A stretch of DNA of 64,000 bases from a virus (Duplodnaviria; Caudoviricetes), in the IMG/VR virus record IMGVR_UViG_3300037466_003849, positions 1-64,000 of that record, one strand, 5' to 3'. A program made the translations under genes and the position numbers. Positions 42,916 through 52,024 of this stretch are shown piece by piece; within the stretch, counting starts at the first letter, position 1, and each line of letters starts with the position of its first letter. Under the pieces are notes generated by a model. The model was not told where the DNA came from. It did not search any database and saw only the letters and a program-made list of their open reading frames with translations.

Positions 42916-43509
42916 CGGGTCCTGCAAACTCAGATTGCCGCGGTATGCAGCCTGCGACTCGCCCGCGCGGTAATCCGGGTTGTCATTGCCAGCGACGATG
43001 AATCCGATCATTCCGTTAGGCAGGAAGTTGTGCACTGTCCCGCGGACGTCTCCGCTCGCTGCGGAGTGCCAGACAACCCGATCACCTTGCTTGAACTCCG
43101 GGTAGCAACGCTCGCAATCGTCGTCGCTGCACTTCGGCGGTCGGTTGGCTGTCGGCGCGGCCCAGTAGCTCACGCTGTCGCCGTTGTTCCAGTTAACGCG
43201 ATACGAATACTCTTCGCCCGCGAGGACGGCGCGCCGGACTCCATAGAGCATGTCTCGGAATCCGTCCGACCCCTCGCGCTGCATCAACTCGACCATGCCG
43301 GTATCCCCGGCGCCGTCCTTGAGGTCAGCCTCAGATTCCGCGGACGCGTCGCACGCTTCGGCCGACGCCTCGCCATCGCGGACGATCAACTCAGCAAGCG
43401 CGCGCGCTACCTCGATAGCGTCGGCCTCACTGTCGACATGCAGCGCGGTCGGCGCCATGTCCTCGGGCAGGCATCCGGGCGTATTCGACGAGACAACCCA
43501 AACGGTCAT
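42910..43509 (-). CDS. Array gene (199 aa), acidic, with C..DC.RC and SH3-like C-terminus
   Basis: RBS GAAGGGA; its TAG stop lies inside repeat copy 1. Confidence 0.7.
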   Translation of the reverse strand: MTVWVVSSNTPGCLPEDMAPTALHVDSEADAIEVARALAELIVRDGEASAEACDASAESEADLKDGAGDTGMVELMQREGSDGFRDMLYGVRRAVLAGEEYSYRVNWNNGDSVSYWAAPTANRPPKCSDDDCERCYPEFKQGDRVVWHSAASGDVRGTVHNFLPNGMIGFIVAGNDNPDYRAGESQAAYRGNLSLQDPS

Positions 43510-43529
43510 GATTCGATCCCTTCTCAATC

Positions 43530-43593
43530 CGGCCTAGTTGCCGTGACACACCGCGCGGATAGGTCCCGCACGGTGTCTCGGAGACGACTAGGA
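43530..43593. repeat. 64-bp intergenic repeat, copy 2
   Basis: Same as copy 1 except one C>T. Confidence 0.95.
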
Positions 43594-43818
43594 CAGTGCG
43601 CCGTAGGACCAACTACCCAACGGCGCCGATTCGCACGGCAGCGGCGCCACTGGCGCCCCGTACGCGTCGGTTGTGTCGTCGGCCGGATAGCCGTACTCGC
43701 ACGGGTCGACATTGAACGGAACGTTGTACTCCGGTACGTCGGCCGACGCGGACGGCGCCGACAAGGCCAGCGCAGCGGCTGCGATAGCGAGGATGGTTCG
43801 AATTGCGTTGCGGGACAT
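43588..43818 (-). CDS. Array gene: secreted peptide (76 aa)
   Basis: Signal peptide ending ASA-D; two Cys; TAG stop inside repeat copy 2. Confidence 0.7.
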   Translation of the reverse strand: MSRNAIRTILAIAAAALALSAPSASADVPEYNVPFNVDPCEYGYPADDTTDAYGAPVAPLPCESAPLGSWSYGALS

Positions 43819-43845
43819 AGTGATTACTCCTGTCGGTAGGTTCGG

Positions 43846-44115
43846 TTAGACCGCGAGATAGAAGCGGGTGCGCCGGTAGACATTCCGGTACTCGTCGGCG
43901 CGCCCGTAGTCGATGATCAGCTCGGAGAAGTGGTCGCCGAACATGGCCGTTCGCGCCGCGCGCGGGTGCTCGACGGCGAACTGTTCGATGGCGCTTTTCA
44001 GTGCCTCATTTGCCACGCTGGGCAAGTCGTGCGAGCTCAACTCGCGCCGCTGCATTTCCGACGCGTCGGCACTCACTGTGAAGTCCTGGTCTATGCGGAC
44101 AACCTTGAAAGGCAT
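43846..44115 (-). CDS. Array gene (89 aa), unknown function
   Basis: Clean ORF in the operon. Confidence 0.65.
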   Translation of the reverse strand: MPFKVVRIDQDFTVSADASEMQRRELSSHDLPSVANEALKSAIEQFAVEHPRAARTAMFGDHFSELIIDYGRADEYRNVYRRTRFYLAV

Positions 44116-44145
44116 TGCGATCCTTCGCGTTTCGAGAATGGACGG

Positions 44146-44496
44146 TTAGACGCTGGCAGGCTCGACAATCGAGGCCCACCACGTGAACGCGTGCCGCGTA
44201 CCGGCATCACGGTCTCCGCAGTGCTCGCACTGCGACCGCGAGAACGTACGCGTTTCGCAATCGCAGTCGGCGCCGTCGGCGCACGGTTCGCCCATGTGGG
44301 CGCATTCGTCGTCGGTGAGGTGGCCGTGTCCAAGCGTCACGGCGTCGGCGCCAGCGTTGCGCATGTTGTTTTCGATGTGCGCCAGCCAATCGGCCACCTC
44401 ATCGGCCGACCAATCGGCCGGGACGTTGCCGTATTCGATGCGGAATAGGCACGGTTCGCAGCACCATCCACTACCGAGAGAGATTTGCGCGTTCAT
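44146..44496 (-). CDS. Array gene (116 aa), Cys-rich
   Basis: RBS GAAGGGA; WCCEPC, C..DCDC..FS...CEHCG...G.RH. Confidence 0.7.
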   Translation of the reverse strand: MNAQISLGSGWCCEPCLFRIEYGNVPADWSADEVADWLAHIENNMRNAGADAVTLGHGHLTDDECAHMGEPCADGADCDCETRTFSRSQCEHCGDRDAGTRHAFTWWASIVEPASV

Positions 44497-44514
44497 ATTC
44501 GATCCCTTCTGTGT

Positions 44515-44578
44515 CGGCCCAGTTGCCGTGACACACCGCGCGGATAGGTCCCGCACGGTGTCTCGGAGACGACTAGGA
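44515..44578. repeat. 64-bp intergenic repeat, copy 3
   Basis: Identical to copy 1. Confidence 0.95.
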
Positions 44579-44579
44579 C

Positions 44580-45179
44580 TCAGCGGGGAGCGAGTCGCAT
44601 GGTTCCGCCGTGCATGTGCACAAGCGGAACATGCGGCATGGTCATGCCCTCATACGGTGTGTGCAGGATGAGGGATACGTTTCCGTCCTCATCGGTGTGA
44701 GGCTCGAGCGTCATAGTGAAGCAACCGCGCGGCTCACCGACGCTGATCTGTACTTCGATCCGGTTTTCGCCGATCGTCACGCCTGCCCAGTTGACATAGT
44801 CGGCGGCGGACTTGTCGCGCGGCTCCGCCAGCGTGTAGTTGGTTTTCTCGCGAATGTCATCCTCCGACACCCACGCGTCGTCTTCTAGCTCAAGGTCGCG
44901 CCGGATGTCGTCAAAGTCGATTCCGTTGCACAACCGCGCGTCGTTTTCGTCGTGCGTCCAGCCATCAACAGTGTCGGAAATAGGCTGGCCGCAATGCTTG
45001 CAAACCTTCTCGTCGTCGCTGTTCGCGGTAACGGTCACGTCGATTGTGTCATCGTCGCCGAAGTGCTCGGAGTCGATTGCCTGGCCGTTAATTTCGATGC
45101 TGAACACAGCAGTACTCCCGTGGGAATTGGCGAATTTCTCGGCGCGCCAGATAGGCGCGTTGCGTGACCTAATGGCCAT
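44580..45179 (-). CDS. Array gene (199 aa), very acidic, with CKHC motif
   Basis: Stop immediately before repeat copy 3. Confidence 0.7.
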   Translation of the reverse strand: MAIRSRNAPIWRAEKFANSHGSTAVFSIEINGQAIDSEHFGDDDTIDVTVTANSDDEKVCKHCGQPISDTVDGWTHDENDARLCNGIDFDDIRRDLELEDDAWVSEDDIREKTNYTLAEPRDKSAADYVNWAGVTIGENRIEVQISVGEPRGCFTMTLEPHTDEDGNVSLILHTPYEGMTMPHVPLVHMHGGTMRLAPR

Positions 45180-45227
45180 GACATACCGCGCGCAATGTCG
45201 CGGTATCTCGGGAGCCGTTAGGGCAGG

Positions 45228-45956
45228 CTACGCGGACGCGTATTCGAAACGGATACGGAACGGCGCGCCGTCGAATTCGCGCGGCTGTCGGTCCTCGAAA
45301 GCGGAGACAAGATCAAGGTAAGCCTCGGCGTAGCGTTCGCCGAAAGTGTGTTCCCGCGCGGCATGTGCTTTGTTGAGTGCTGCCGCATTGTCCTCATCCC
45401 TCGCATTGAGCCACGCGCGGCGGTCGGTCGCAGTGCGCTTAGGCGCCGCTTTCACGATAGCGGGCATTACCTCCGAAGCCTCATCGGAAACCGCGTCGTA
45501 GTTGTCGCGGGCAGGCGCCTTGCCGCGCGCTACTTCCTTGGTCTGGCCGCTGGCAGTGACTTTCTCGATCACGTAGGTAGCGGTAAGGCCATCCAGGGCG
45601 CCAGCGAGCAAGTGGGGGTACTCGGCCGAGTCGTCGAATGAGTCTGCCCAATCGGCAATCCGGGCGGTCACGTCTGCATCGTTCGCGAGAGTGGCGCGCC
45701 GGTAAAGGCTGCGCATTCCGGCTGTGAAGTCCGACCATGTCATCGCGCCATCGCAGTAGCGCCGATCGAGTGCATCCAGTTCGTTGCGGAGCTCAGACTT
45801 GCCTGCCCACTGCTGGCCGCAGTATGTGCAGTCGAGCGGCTGGCCCGCGAAAACGGGCTCAGCTGCCGCGTAGAAGTCGACACAGTTGTTGCAGCGCTGA
45901 TCAATCGAGCCGTCATCTGCAATGCGCTGCACACCGATCATCTTGCGGTCCGTCAT
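45228..45956 (-). CDS. First array gene (242 aa), Zn-ribbon N-terminus
   Basis: RBS GGAGG; CNNC and CTYC motifs. Confidence 0.7.
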   Translation of the reverse strand: MTDRKMIGVQRIADDGSIDQRCNNCVDFYAAAEPVFAGQPLDCTYCGQQWAGKSELRNELDALDRRYCDGAMTWSDFTAGMRSLYRRATLANDADVTARIADWADSFDDSAEYPHLLAGALDGLTATYVIEKVTASGQTKEVARGKAPARDNYDAVSDEASEVMPAIVKAAPKRTATDRRAWLNARDEDNAAALNKAHAAREHTFGERYAEAYLDLVSAFEDRQPREFDGAPFRIRFEYASA

Positions 45957-46320
45957 GTCGTCGCCTCCCGTTCCGTCGCTTCGCACCGTGCGCCGCGATC
46001 GAGGCCAACAGTGCCCGTGACCAGGTGGAATGCGCAATCGGCCGGTAATTGCGTCCGGTGGTTTTGACGGCGTACGAAAACGGACCCGCCGGTTGGTTAC
46101 TCGATACCCCCTCGGAGTCAGCTACCCCCCGGCAACATCTCCACAGCGAGCGGCCGGCGACCGTTCTCCCCACAGTCCTCTCAAAAATGCTCGATTTTCG
46201 AAAGCCTTTTTGCGCCGGTCAGGGGCATGATTTTCGCACTCTCGCTATGGACGTGACCTGGGACGATGCCAGGTCGGCGACGGGGCGGCCGGAAGGGCCA
46301 GTCGAAAGGATTCTCCAGCA

Positions 46321-46686
46321 ATGATAGAGCCACCATTCGCGCTTTCGGAAGGCGCAGACGAACATTGGCGGCGGCACGTGGATCGCATCGTATCCGAGGG
46401 CCGCGCCAAGCTCATCAATACCGACGCGCTGGCGATCTACTGCGACATGCTGGCCCAGTATCAGCAGGCTACGCACCTGATCCACATGGAGGGCATGACC
46501 CGCGACGGCGACCGCGGCGGCATGACCAAGCACCCGGCCACGACCATCCTTACCTCGCTGCGCGCCGACCTGCGGCACTATGCCCGCATGATCCCGCTCT
46601 ACGACTCCGATGCCGAAATCGGCGACAGCCTCGACGGTTTCATCGCCGACGCCGAGAAGTGGGCCAACGAGCCCACGGCAGGCTGA
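46321..46686 (+). CDS. terS: Terminase small subunit (P27-like)
   Basis: D..AL..YC...AQY..A...I..EG.......KHPA motif; RBS GAAAGGA. Confidence 0.8.
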   Translation: MIEPPFALSEGADEHWRRHVDRIVSEGRAKLINTDALAIYCDMLAQYQQATHLIHMEGMTRDGDRGGMTKHPATTILTSLRADLRHYARMIPLYDSDAEIGDSLDGFIADAEKWANEPTAG

Positions 46687-46689
46687 CCC

Positions 46690-47037
46690 GTGGCCGCCCG
46701 CTGGGAGGAGCTGCTGGCGCTGACCGTGCGCTACCACCCCGAGACGCCGCTGCCGACCGCCGAGCGCTACGCCAAGACGGCCGCGAAATTCGAGGAAGTT
46801 CGCGCCTCGGTGCACCGCACCGGCAAGAAGCCGCCGTCGGCGTACTACAAGCTCGCCTCGATCCTCGCCGCGCTGTCGCAGCAGGTCGGTATCCCGGTGC
46901 CGACGGCCGACGAGTGGCGCGGCGACGACGGCGACTGGGGCGTCATCCGCGGCGTCACGCACTCAACCGGCTTCCTGCCGGTCGACCGGGCCGCCATCCT
47001 CGTCGACCGCGACTGGCACGCCAGCCTCACCACGTGA
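46690..47037 (+). CDS. Hypothetical protein
   Basis: Operon position. Confidence 0.6.
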   Translation: MAARWEELLALTVRYHPETPLPTAERYAKTAAKFEEVRASVHRTGKKPPSAYYKLASILAALSQQVGIPVPTADEWRGDDGDWGVIRGVTHSTGFLPVDRAAILVDRDWHASLTT

Positions 47038-47052
47038 ATCCGAAAGGCGCAC

Positions 47053-47610
47053 ATGGACCTCGAGATCCACCGCGACCACATCACCAAGTTTCTGCGCACT
47101 GCTGAGCGCGGAGAGTCGGCACCGATCCCGCCCTGGGCGGTGCTCTTACTGCAATCCATAGGAGCTGTCTTGTCCGATCAGGAAATCCTCGACGCCGACG
47201 TTGCCGCCCTGAACGCCATCGCCGACGACATCGAAGCCGAGCTGGCCGCCCTGCGGAAGGCCGCGCCGGGTCTGAACTTCTCCGGCCTGGACGCCATCGT
47301 CACCCGCCTGCGCGGCGACTCCTCGGACGGTGGCGGCACCGCGCCCGCCGCCGACGCATCGGCACCGGCCGCCAGCGCGCCCGCTCCGGTCGACACCGCT
47401 CCGGCGGACGACGCCAGCGAGCCCGTGGCCGAGCCCGAGCCCGAGGACGCCACCGCGCCCGAGGATGCTGCCCTGGTGGCCGACTCCGGCGATGCGGCTG
47501 CGCCCGTGGAGGACTCGGCGTCCGCTTCGTCGGCCGACGCGGCCCCCGCGGTCCCGACCGTCGGCGACGGTTCGGGCGACGACCCGACCCCGGAAACGCC
47601 CGCTGTCTGA
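47053..47610 (+). CDS. Hypothetical protein with acidic Ala/Pro/Asp low-complexity tail
   Basis: RBS GAAAGG. Confidence 0.7.
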   Translation: MDLEIHRDHITKFLRTAERGESAPIPPWAVLLLQSIGAVLSDQEILDADVAALNAIADDIEAELAALRKAAPGLNFSGLDAIVTRLRGDSSDGGGTAPAADASAPAASAPAPVDTAPADDASEPVAEPEPEDATAPEDAALVADSGDAAAPVEDSASASSADAAPAVPTVGDGSGDDPTPETPAV

Positions 47611-47647
47611 TTTCGACCTCAACACACCGGGGGCAACCCCGCTCCCG

Positions 47648-49312
47648 GTGTGTGGGTTCGTCAATATCTTGTCTGGTCTCCGCTGTTTGGAGACCGGCGA
47701 TCATCTCTGCGAAGCCCGCGCCACGCTGGGCCGGGATTTCTTCGAATGCGTGCTCGTGCACACCAAGGGCGCCTACGCCGGGGCGCCCTTTCTGCTCTAC
47801 AACTGGCAATACGACGACATCGTCCGGCCGCTGCTCGGCAAGACGGTGTGGTCGGACGAATACGGTTGCTACAAGCGGCAATTCGAAATCGCGTGGATCG
47901 AGGTCGCCCGGAAAAACGGGAAGTCCGAGATCCTCGCGGGCCTCATGCTCTACCTCCTCGTGATGGACGACGAGGAGTCTGCCGAGATCTACGGCTGCGC
48001 GAAGAACCGTGAACAGGCCAGCCTCGTCTTCGACGTGGCGAAGCGGATGGTCGAGCTGTCTCCCGTCCTGCGCCAGCGCCTGCGCATCAAGGCCACCGAG
48101 AAGCGCCTGATCTTCGCGCGCACCAACAGCTTCTACCGGGTGCTCGCCGCCGACGCTGGCGGCGCCCTGGGCTCCAACCCGCACGGCGTCGGCGCCGACG
48201 AGATCCTCGCCTGGCCGAACTCCGGCATGTGGGACTCGATGCGTACCGGCATGGGCTCCGGCGCCCGCCGCCAGCCGCTGATGGTCGCCGCCACCACCGC
48301 GGGATCGGACACCGAAGGCTTCGCCGGGCAGATGCACAAGGAGATGGAGCGCATCGCGGAAGATCCCGACCGCGCGCCGCACATCTTCGTCTACCTGCGC
48401 AACGTGCCCATGGACGCCGATCCGTGGGACGAGGAGAACTGGCACCTCGCCAATCCGGCTCTCGGGCAATTCCTTTCGATCGAGGGCCTGCGCAAGCAGG
48501 CAATCGAGGCGATGCAGAACCCCATCGCCGAGGTTGCGTTCCGGCAGTACCGGCTCAACCAGTGGCAGAACGCAACGTCGCGCTGGATGCCGATGCACCT
48601 GTTCGACGCCTGCGCTGGCGAGGAATTCGAGACGTTCGACGAGGCGCGCGAGCGCTTCCGCGGCATGGACTGCTGGTTCGGCCTCGACCTCGCCGCCCGC
48701 CAGGACCTCACCTCGATGTGCTACGCGTTTCCCGACGCCGACGGCGGCGTGGATCTGCTCTGGCGCTTCTGGCTGCCCGAGGCGGCCTACGCCCGGCTCA
48801 ACGCCGCCAACGACGGCCGCCTGGTCGACTGGCAGCGCAAGGGCTGGCTGACGGTCACCGAGGGCGATGTCCTGGACTTCGAGGTCTTCTACAAGCACGT
48901 CCAGGAGGACAGCGAGCACTTCCACATCCTCGGCGGCGACGCGGACAAATTCGCCTCCGATCCGGTGCTCCAGCGCGTGCAGCAGACCGTCTACTGCGAC
49001 GACATCATGGCCTACAGCAACACCTTCCAATACATGAGCCCTGGGATGCACCACATCTCAGACCTGGTGAAGCTCAAGGCATTCCGCTGGCACGGCAACC
49101 CCGTCGCGCGGTTCTGTTTCGACTCGACCGAGGTAGTCGTCGACACCGCCGATCCCGACCGCATCCGGCCGCACAAGCCCAACCGCGGCCTGGCCGCGAA
49201 ACGCATCGACGGCGTCCCGGCCGCGATCCTCGCCGTCAACGCGTGGAAGACCCGCGGCGACTCCATCCTGAGCGTCTACGCCAGTGGCGATTACGACGTT
49301 TATAGCCTCTGA
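47648..49312 (+). CDS. terL: Terminase large subunit (start approximate)
   Basis: Walker A ARKNGKS, GADE, GLDLA, RIDG motifs. Confidence 0.95.
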   Translation: MCGFVNILSGLRCLETGDHLCEARATLGRDFFECVLVHTKGAYAGAPFLLYNWQYDDIVRPLLGKTVWSDEYGCYKRQFEIAWIEVARKNGKSEILAGLMLYLLVMDDEESAEIYGCAKNREQASLVFDVAKRMVELSPVLRQRLRIKATEKRLIFARTNSFYRVLAADAGGALGSNPHGVGADEILAWPNSGMWDSMRTGMGSGARRQPLMVAATTAGSDTEGFAGQMHKEMERIAEDPDRAPHIFVYLRNVPMDADPWDEENWHLANPALGQFLSIEGLRKQAIEAMQNPIAEVAFRQYRLNQWQNATSRWMPMHLFDACAGEEFETFDEARERFRGMDCWFGLDLAARQDLTSMCYAFPDADGGVDLLWRFWLPEAAYARLNAANDGRLVDWQRKGWLTVTEGDVLDFEVFYKHVQEDSEHFHILGGDADKFASDPVLQRVQQTVYCDDIMAYSNTFQYMSPGMHHISDLVKLKAFRWHGNPVARFCFDSTEVVVDTADPDRIRPHKPNRGLAAKRIDGVPAAILAVNAWKTRGDSILSVYASGDYDVYSL

Positions 49313-49322
49313 GGGGGTGTGA

Positions 49323-49568
49323 ATGTTCAAGCGCCGCAACAAGCTTGACGCTTATCTCGGCGAGATCCTGAGTCGGTTCATAGTGACCCTCAAGGACGGC
49401 TCCGTGGCCAGTGGCGTCCTGACCAAGGTCACCGCGCGCAGCTTCGTCTTCGCCGATGTGAAGTTGCTGGAGGAGGGCCGAACCTGGCAACCGGCGGCCG
49501 GGGATGGCCTGTTCGTCGACCGCGCCGAGGTCCGCTACTGCCAGCTCATGTCCAGCGGAGGTGAGTGA
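49323..49568 (+). CDS. Small Sm-like protein between terL and portal
   Basis: FIVTLKDG...SGVL......F..V...LFVDR..V.Y.Q. Confidence 0.7.
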   Translation: MFKRRNKLDAYLGEILSRFIVTLKDGSVASGVLTKVTARSFVFADVKLLEEGRTWQPAAGDGLFVDRAEVRYCQLMSSGGE

Positions 49569-51058
49569 TGCTGCTCCGCGACGGCTCCATTGCGATGCCC
49601 GCCAGCGCGCTCGCCGAATTCAGTCCGCAGATCCAGAAGTCGTACTGGTACCCGATCTCCGACGGCGTCCAGCTCGAGCGCCAGTGGGCCTTCTACGGCG
49701 CGCTCTACCGCTACCAGCCCTGGGTGCGCACCGTCATCGACAAGCTCGCCTGGGCGCTGGCACGGCTGAGAATCGAGGCGTGGGAAGTCAATGACGACGA
49801 CCAGCGGAAGAAGGCCCACGGCCCATTCGCGAAGCTGATCAAGAACCCGTGCCAAGAACTCTCGCCGATGGCCTTCTGGTTGTGGATCGAGACGACGATC
49901 GAGATCTACGGCGAAGCCTTCCTGGTGAAGGTCCGCGACGACAACGGCCGGACGATAAGCCTCCTTCCGCTGCATCCGTCCCGGACCACGGTCATGCGCG
50001 ACGAGAACGGCCGCCGCAAGTACCTGTTCTCCACCGCGGCCACTTCGGCCGGAATGCTCGAGTTCGGCGAAGAAGACGTGATCCCGCTCCAGCTCTACTG
50101 CCCCGACGGCACCATGCGCGGCATGTCGCGGCTGGAAAGCCTTGCCAGCACGCTCATTTCGGAGGATTCCGGCCGGACCGCGACATCGAGTATGTGGCGC
50201 AACGCCGGTCGGCCGAACATCGTGCTGAGCTCCGACAAGGTCCTGGGCCGCGAGGGCAAGGCGCGGCTGCGCGAGAGCTTCGACGGCAACCACGCAGGCT
50301 CGATGAACGCGGGCAAGACGCTGGTCCTCGAGGACGGCATCAAGGCCACCTCCCTCCAGCTCACCGCGGTCGAAATGCAGTGGGTCGAATCCCGCAAGCT
50401 CAACAGGGAGGAAGTCTGCTCGGTCTTCGACGTGGCACCGCCGATGGTCCACATCCTCGACCGCGCAACGTTTTCCAACATCACCGAGCAGATGCGCAGC
50501 TTCTACCGCGACACCATGAGCTCCAAGCTGGAGTTCATCGAGGCGCAGATCGACTACTACCTCGCATCGGAGTTCGGCGACAACCTCGAGGCTCGCTTCG
50601 CCGTGGCCGAGATGCTGCGCGGCGACTACGAAACCCGCGCCGACAGCGTCCAGAAGCTCGTCCTCTCGGGCGTGATGAAGCCCGCCGAGGGGCGCGAAGT
50701 CATGGACCTGGACAAGGCCGGTCCCGAGGCCGACAAGCTGTACGCCAACGCGTCGGTGCAGCCCCTGGGCAAGCCCGCCGAGCGTGTCACCCTCACCGGC
50801 GCCATGGCGCCCGGTGGCGACCCGGACGGCATCCCGATCACCGGCCAGCCCAGCGGCACCAACCCGGCCGCGAACGCCGGGCCGGACGACTCGACGACCG
50901 CACCGCCCCCGCCGAAGTCGAACAAGTACGTGCGCGCGCTGCGCGGCGGCATCGGCCGCGGCAAGTCGCTCCAGGACGTGGCCGTCGATCTCGCCCAGCG
51001 CAACGCCGACGACCTCCAAGCCATTCTCGATTCGGCCTCGCTGATCCTGGCCGAGTAA
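49565..51058 (+). CDS. Portal protein, HK97 family
   Basis: YGEAF, PLHPS, G.S.LE, N.GRP, QWVE.RK..REEVC.VFDV.P. Confidence 0.95.
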   Translation: MMLLRDGSIAMPASALAEFSPQIQKSYWYPISDGVQLERQWAFYGALYRYQPWVRTVIDKLAWALARLRIEAWEVNDDDQRKKAHGPFAKLIKNPCQELSPMAFWLWIETTIEIYGEAFLVKVRDDNGRTISLLPLHPSRTTVMRDENGRRKYLFSTAATSAGMLEFGEEDVIPLQLYCPDGTMRGMSRLESLASTLISEDSGRTATSSMWRNAGRPNIVLSSDKVLGREGKARLRESFDGNHAGSMNAGKTLVLEDGIKATSLQLTAVEMQWVESRKLNREEVCSVFDVAPPMVHILDRATFSNITEQMRSFYRDTMSSKLEFIEAQIDYYLASEFGDNLEARFAVAEMLRGDYETRADSVQKLVLSGVMKPAEGREVMDLDKAGPEADKLYANASVQPLGKPAERVTLTGAMAPGGDPDGIPITGQPSGTNPAANAGPDDSTTAPPPPKSNKYVRALRGGIGRGKSLQDVAVDLAQRNADDLQAILDSASLILAE

Positions 51059-51074
51059 CCGCAGGTAGGACGCA

Positions 51075-52007
51075 GTGAACAACTCCATAACGAAGGCGAT
51101 GGCCAGCGTCGTCGCCACCGATAGCGCCACCAACGGCCATTCGCTCGACGACGCACCGAACGGCGGCTTCATCGCCGTCCTGTCCACGCCCGCGCTCGAT
51201 CGCGACGGCGACCGGCTGGCCACCAACGAGTGGAAGACGCCACTGCCGGACCACATCACCGTCGACATCGACCACGAGATGAGCGTCCGCGGCACCGTCG
51301 GGTCGGCGCGGCCGTTCATCGACGACGAAGGCCGGATGTGCATCGAGGCCCGCTTCGCCTCCACGGCCACGGCCCAGGAAGTCCGCACGCTGATCAACGA
51401 GGGCCACATCAAGACCGTGAGCGTGGCGTTCATGAACGACAAGGCCGCCGCGAAGGATGGAAAGCCCTCGCGCGAGCTGCTCAACGCGGGAATCGTCGCG
51501 ATCCCGTCCAACCGTGAGGCGCTGATCCTCGACTCCAAGGCGGGCGCACGGAACTCCGCGGGCGACCGCGGCCTGATCCAGTCCATCCACGATGCCTCCG
51601 GCCAGCTCGGAGCCGCCTGCACTGACGCAGACGACACCGGCGCCACCGACGGCGCCAACATGCGCGGCGTCACCGAGGCAGAGACCAAGACCGGCACGGC
51701 CGAGGCCGTCCTCGACATGCCGGAATTCCTGAAGCGCCTGGGCGAACTCATCGCCGAGGCGCAGAAACCCGCCAGCCCGGAAGGCGCTGGCACGCCGCAA
51801 GATTCGCGCGACGAATCGGCTGCGACACCCGCCGATCCTCCCGCTGACGCCGCGCCGCAAGGCCCCGCTGACGCCGCAGGAGACGCCGCTGACGCCGCAG
51901 ATGAGTCGGGAGATGACGTGGCCGCAGTGCAGGCCGAGCTCGAAGCCCGCCTCGCACTGCTCTCGCTCGCCGAGTCCGAGCTGAGCGATTCCCCCGAAAT
52001 CCCCTGA
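51075..52007 (+). CDS. Prohead protease with scaffold-like acidic C-terminus
   Basis: DRDGD, DH, SVAF, IVAIPSN.EA motifs. Confidence 0.9.
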   Translation: MNNSITKAMASVVATDSATNGHSLDDAPNGGFIAVLSTPALDRDGDRLATNEWKTPLPDHITVDIDHEMSVRGTVGSARPFIDDEGRMCIEARFASTATAQEVRTLINEGHIKTVSVAFMNDKAAAKDGKPSRELLNAGIVAIPSNREALILDSKAGARNSAGDRGLIQSIHDASGQLGAACTDADDTGATDGANMRGVTEAETKTGTAEAVLDMPEFLKRLGELIAEAQKPASPEGAGTPQDSRDESAATPADPPADAAPQGPADAAGDAADAADESGDDVAAVQAELEARLALLSLAESELSDSPEIP

Positions 52008-52024
52008 TACTCAAGGAGATCCCC

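Noticed and set aside
42852-44578. 64-bp repeats as a CRISPR array
   Set aside because: Repeats are too long, the spacers are 600-900 bp of intact genes, and there is no cas operon.
42852-44578. Repeats as canonical integron attC sites
   Set aside because: No RYYYAAC...GTTRRRY core (GTTGCCG fails) and no IntI-type gene nearby; kept only as an analogy.
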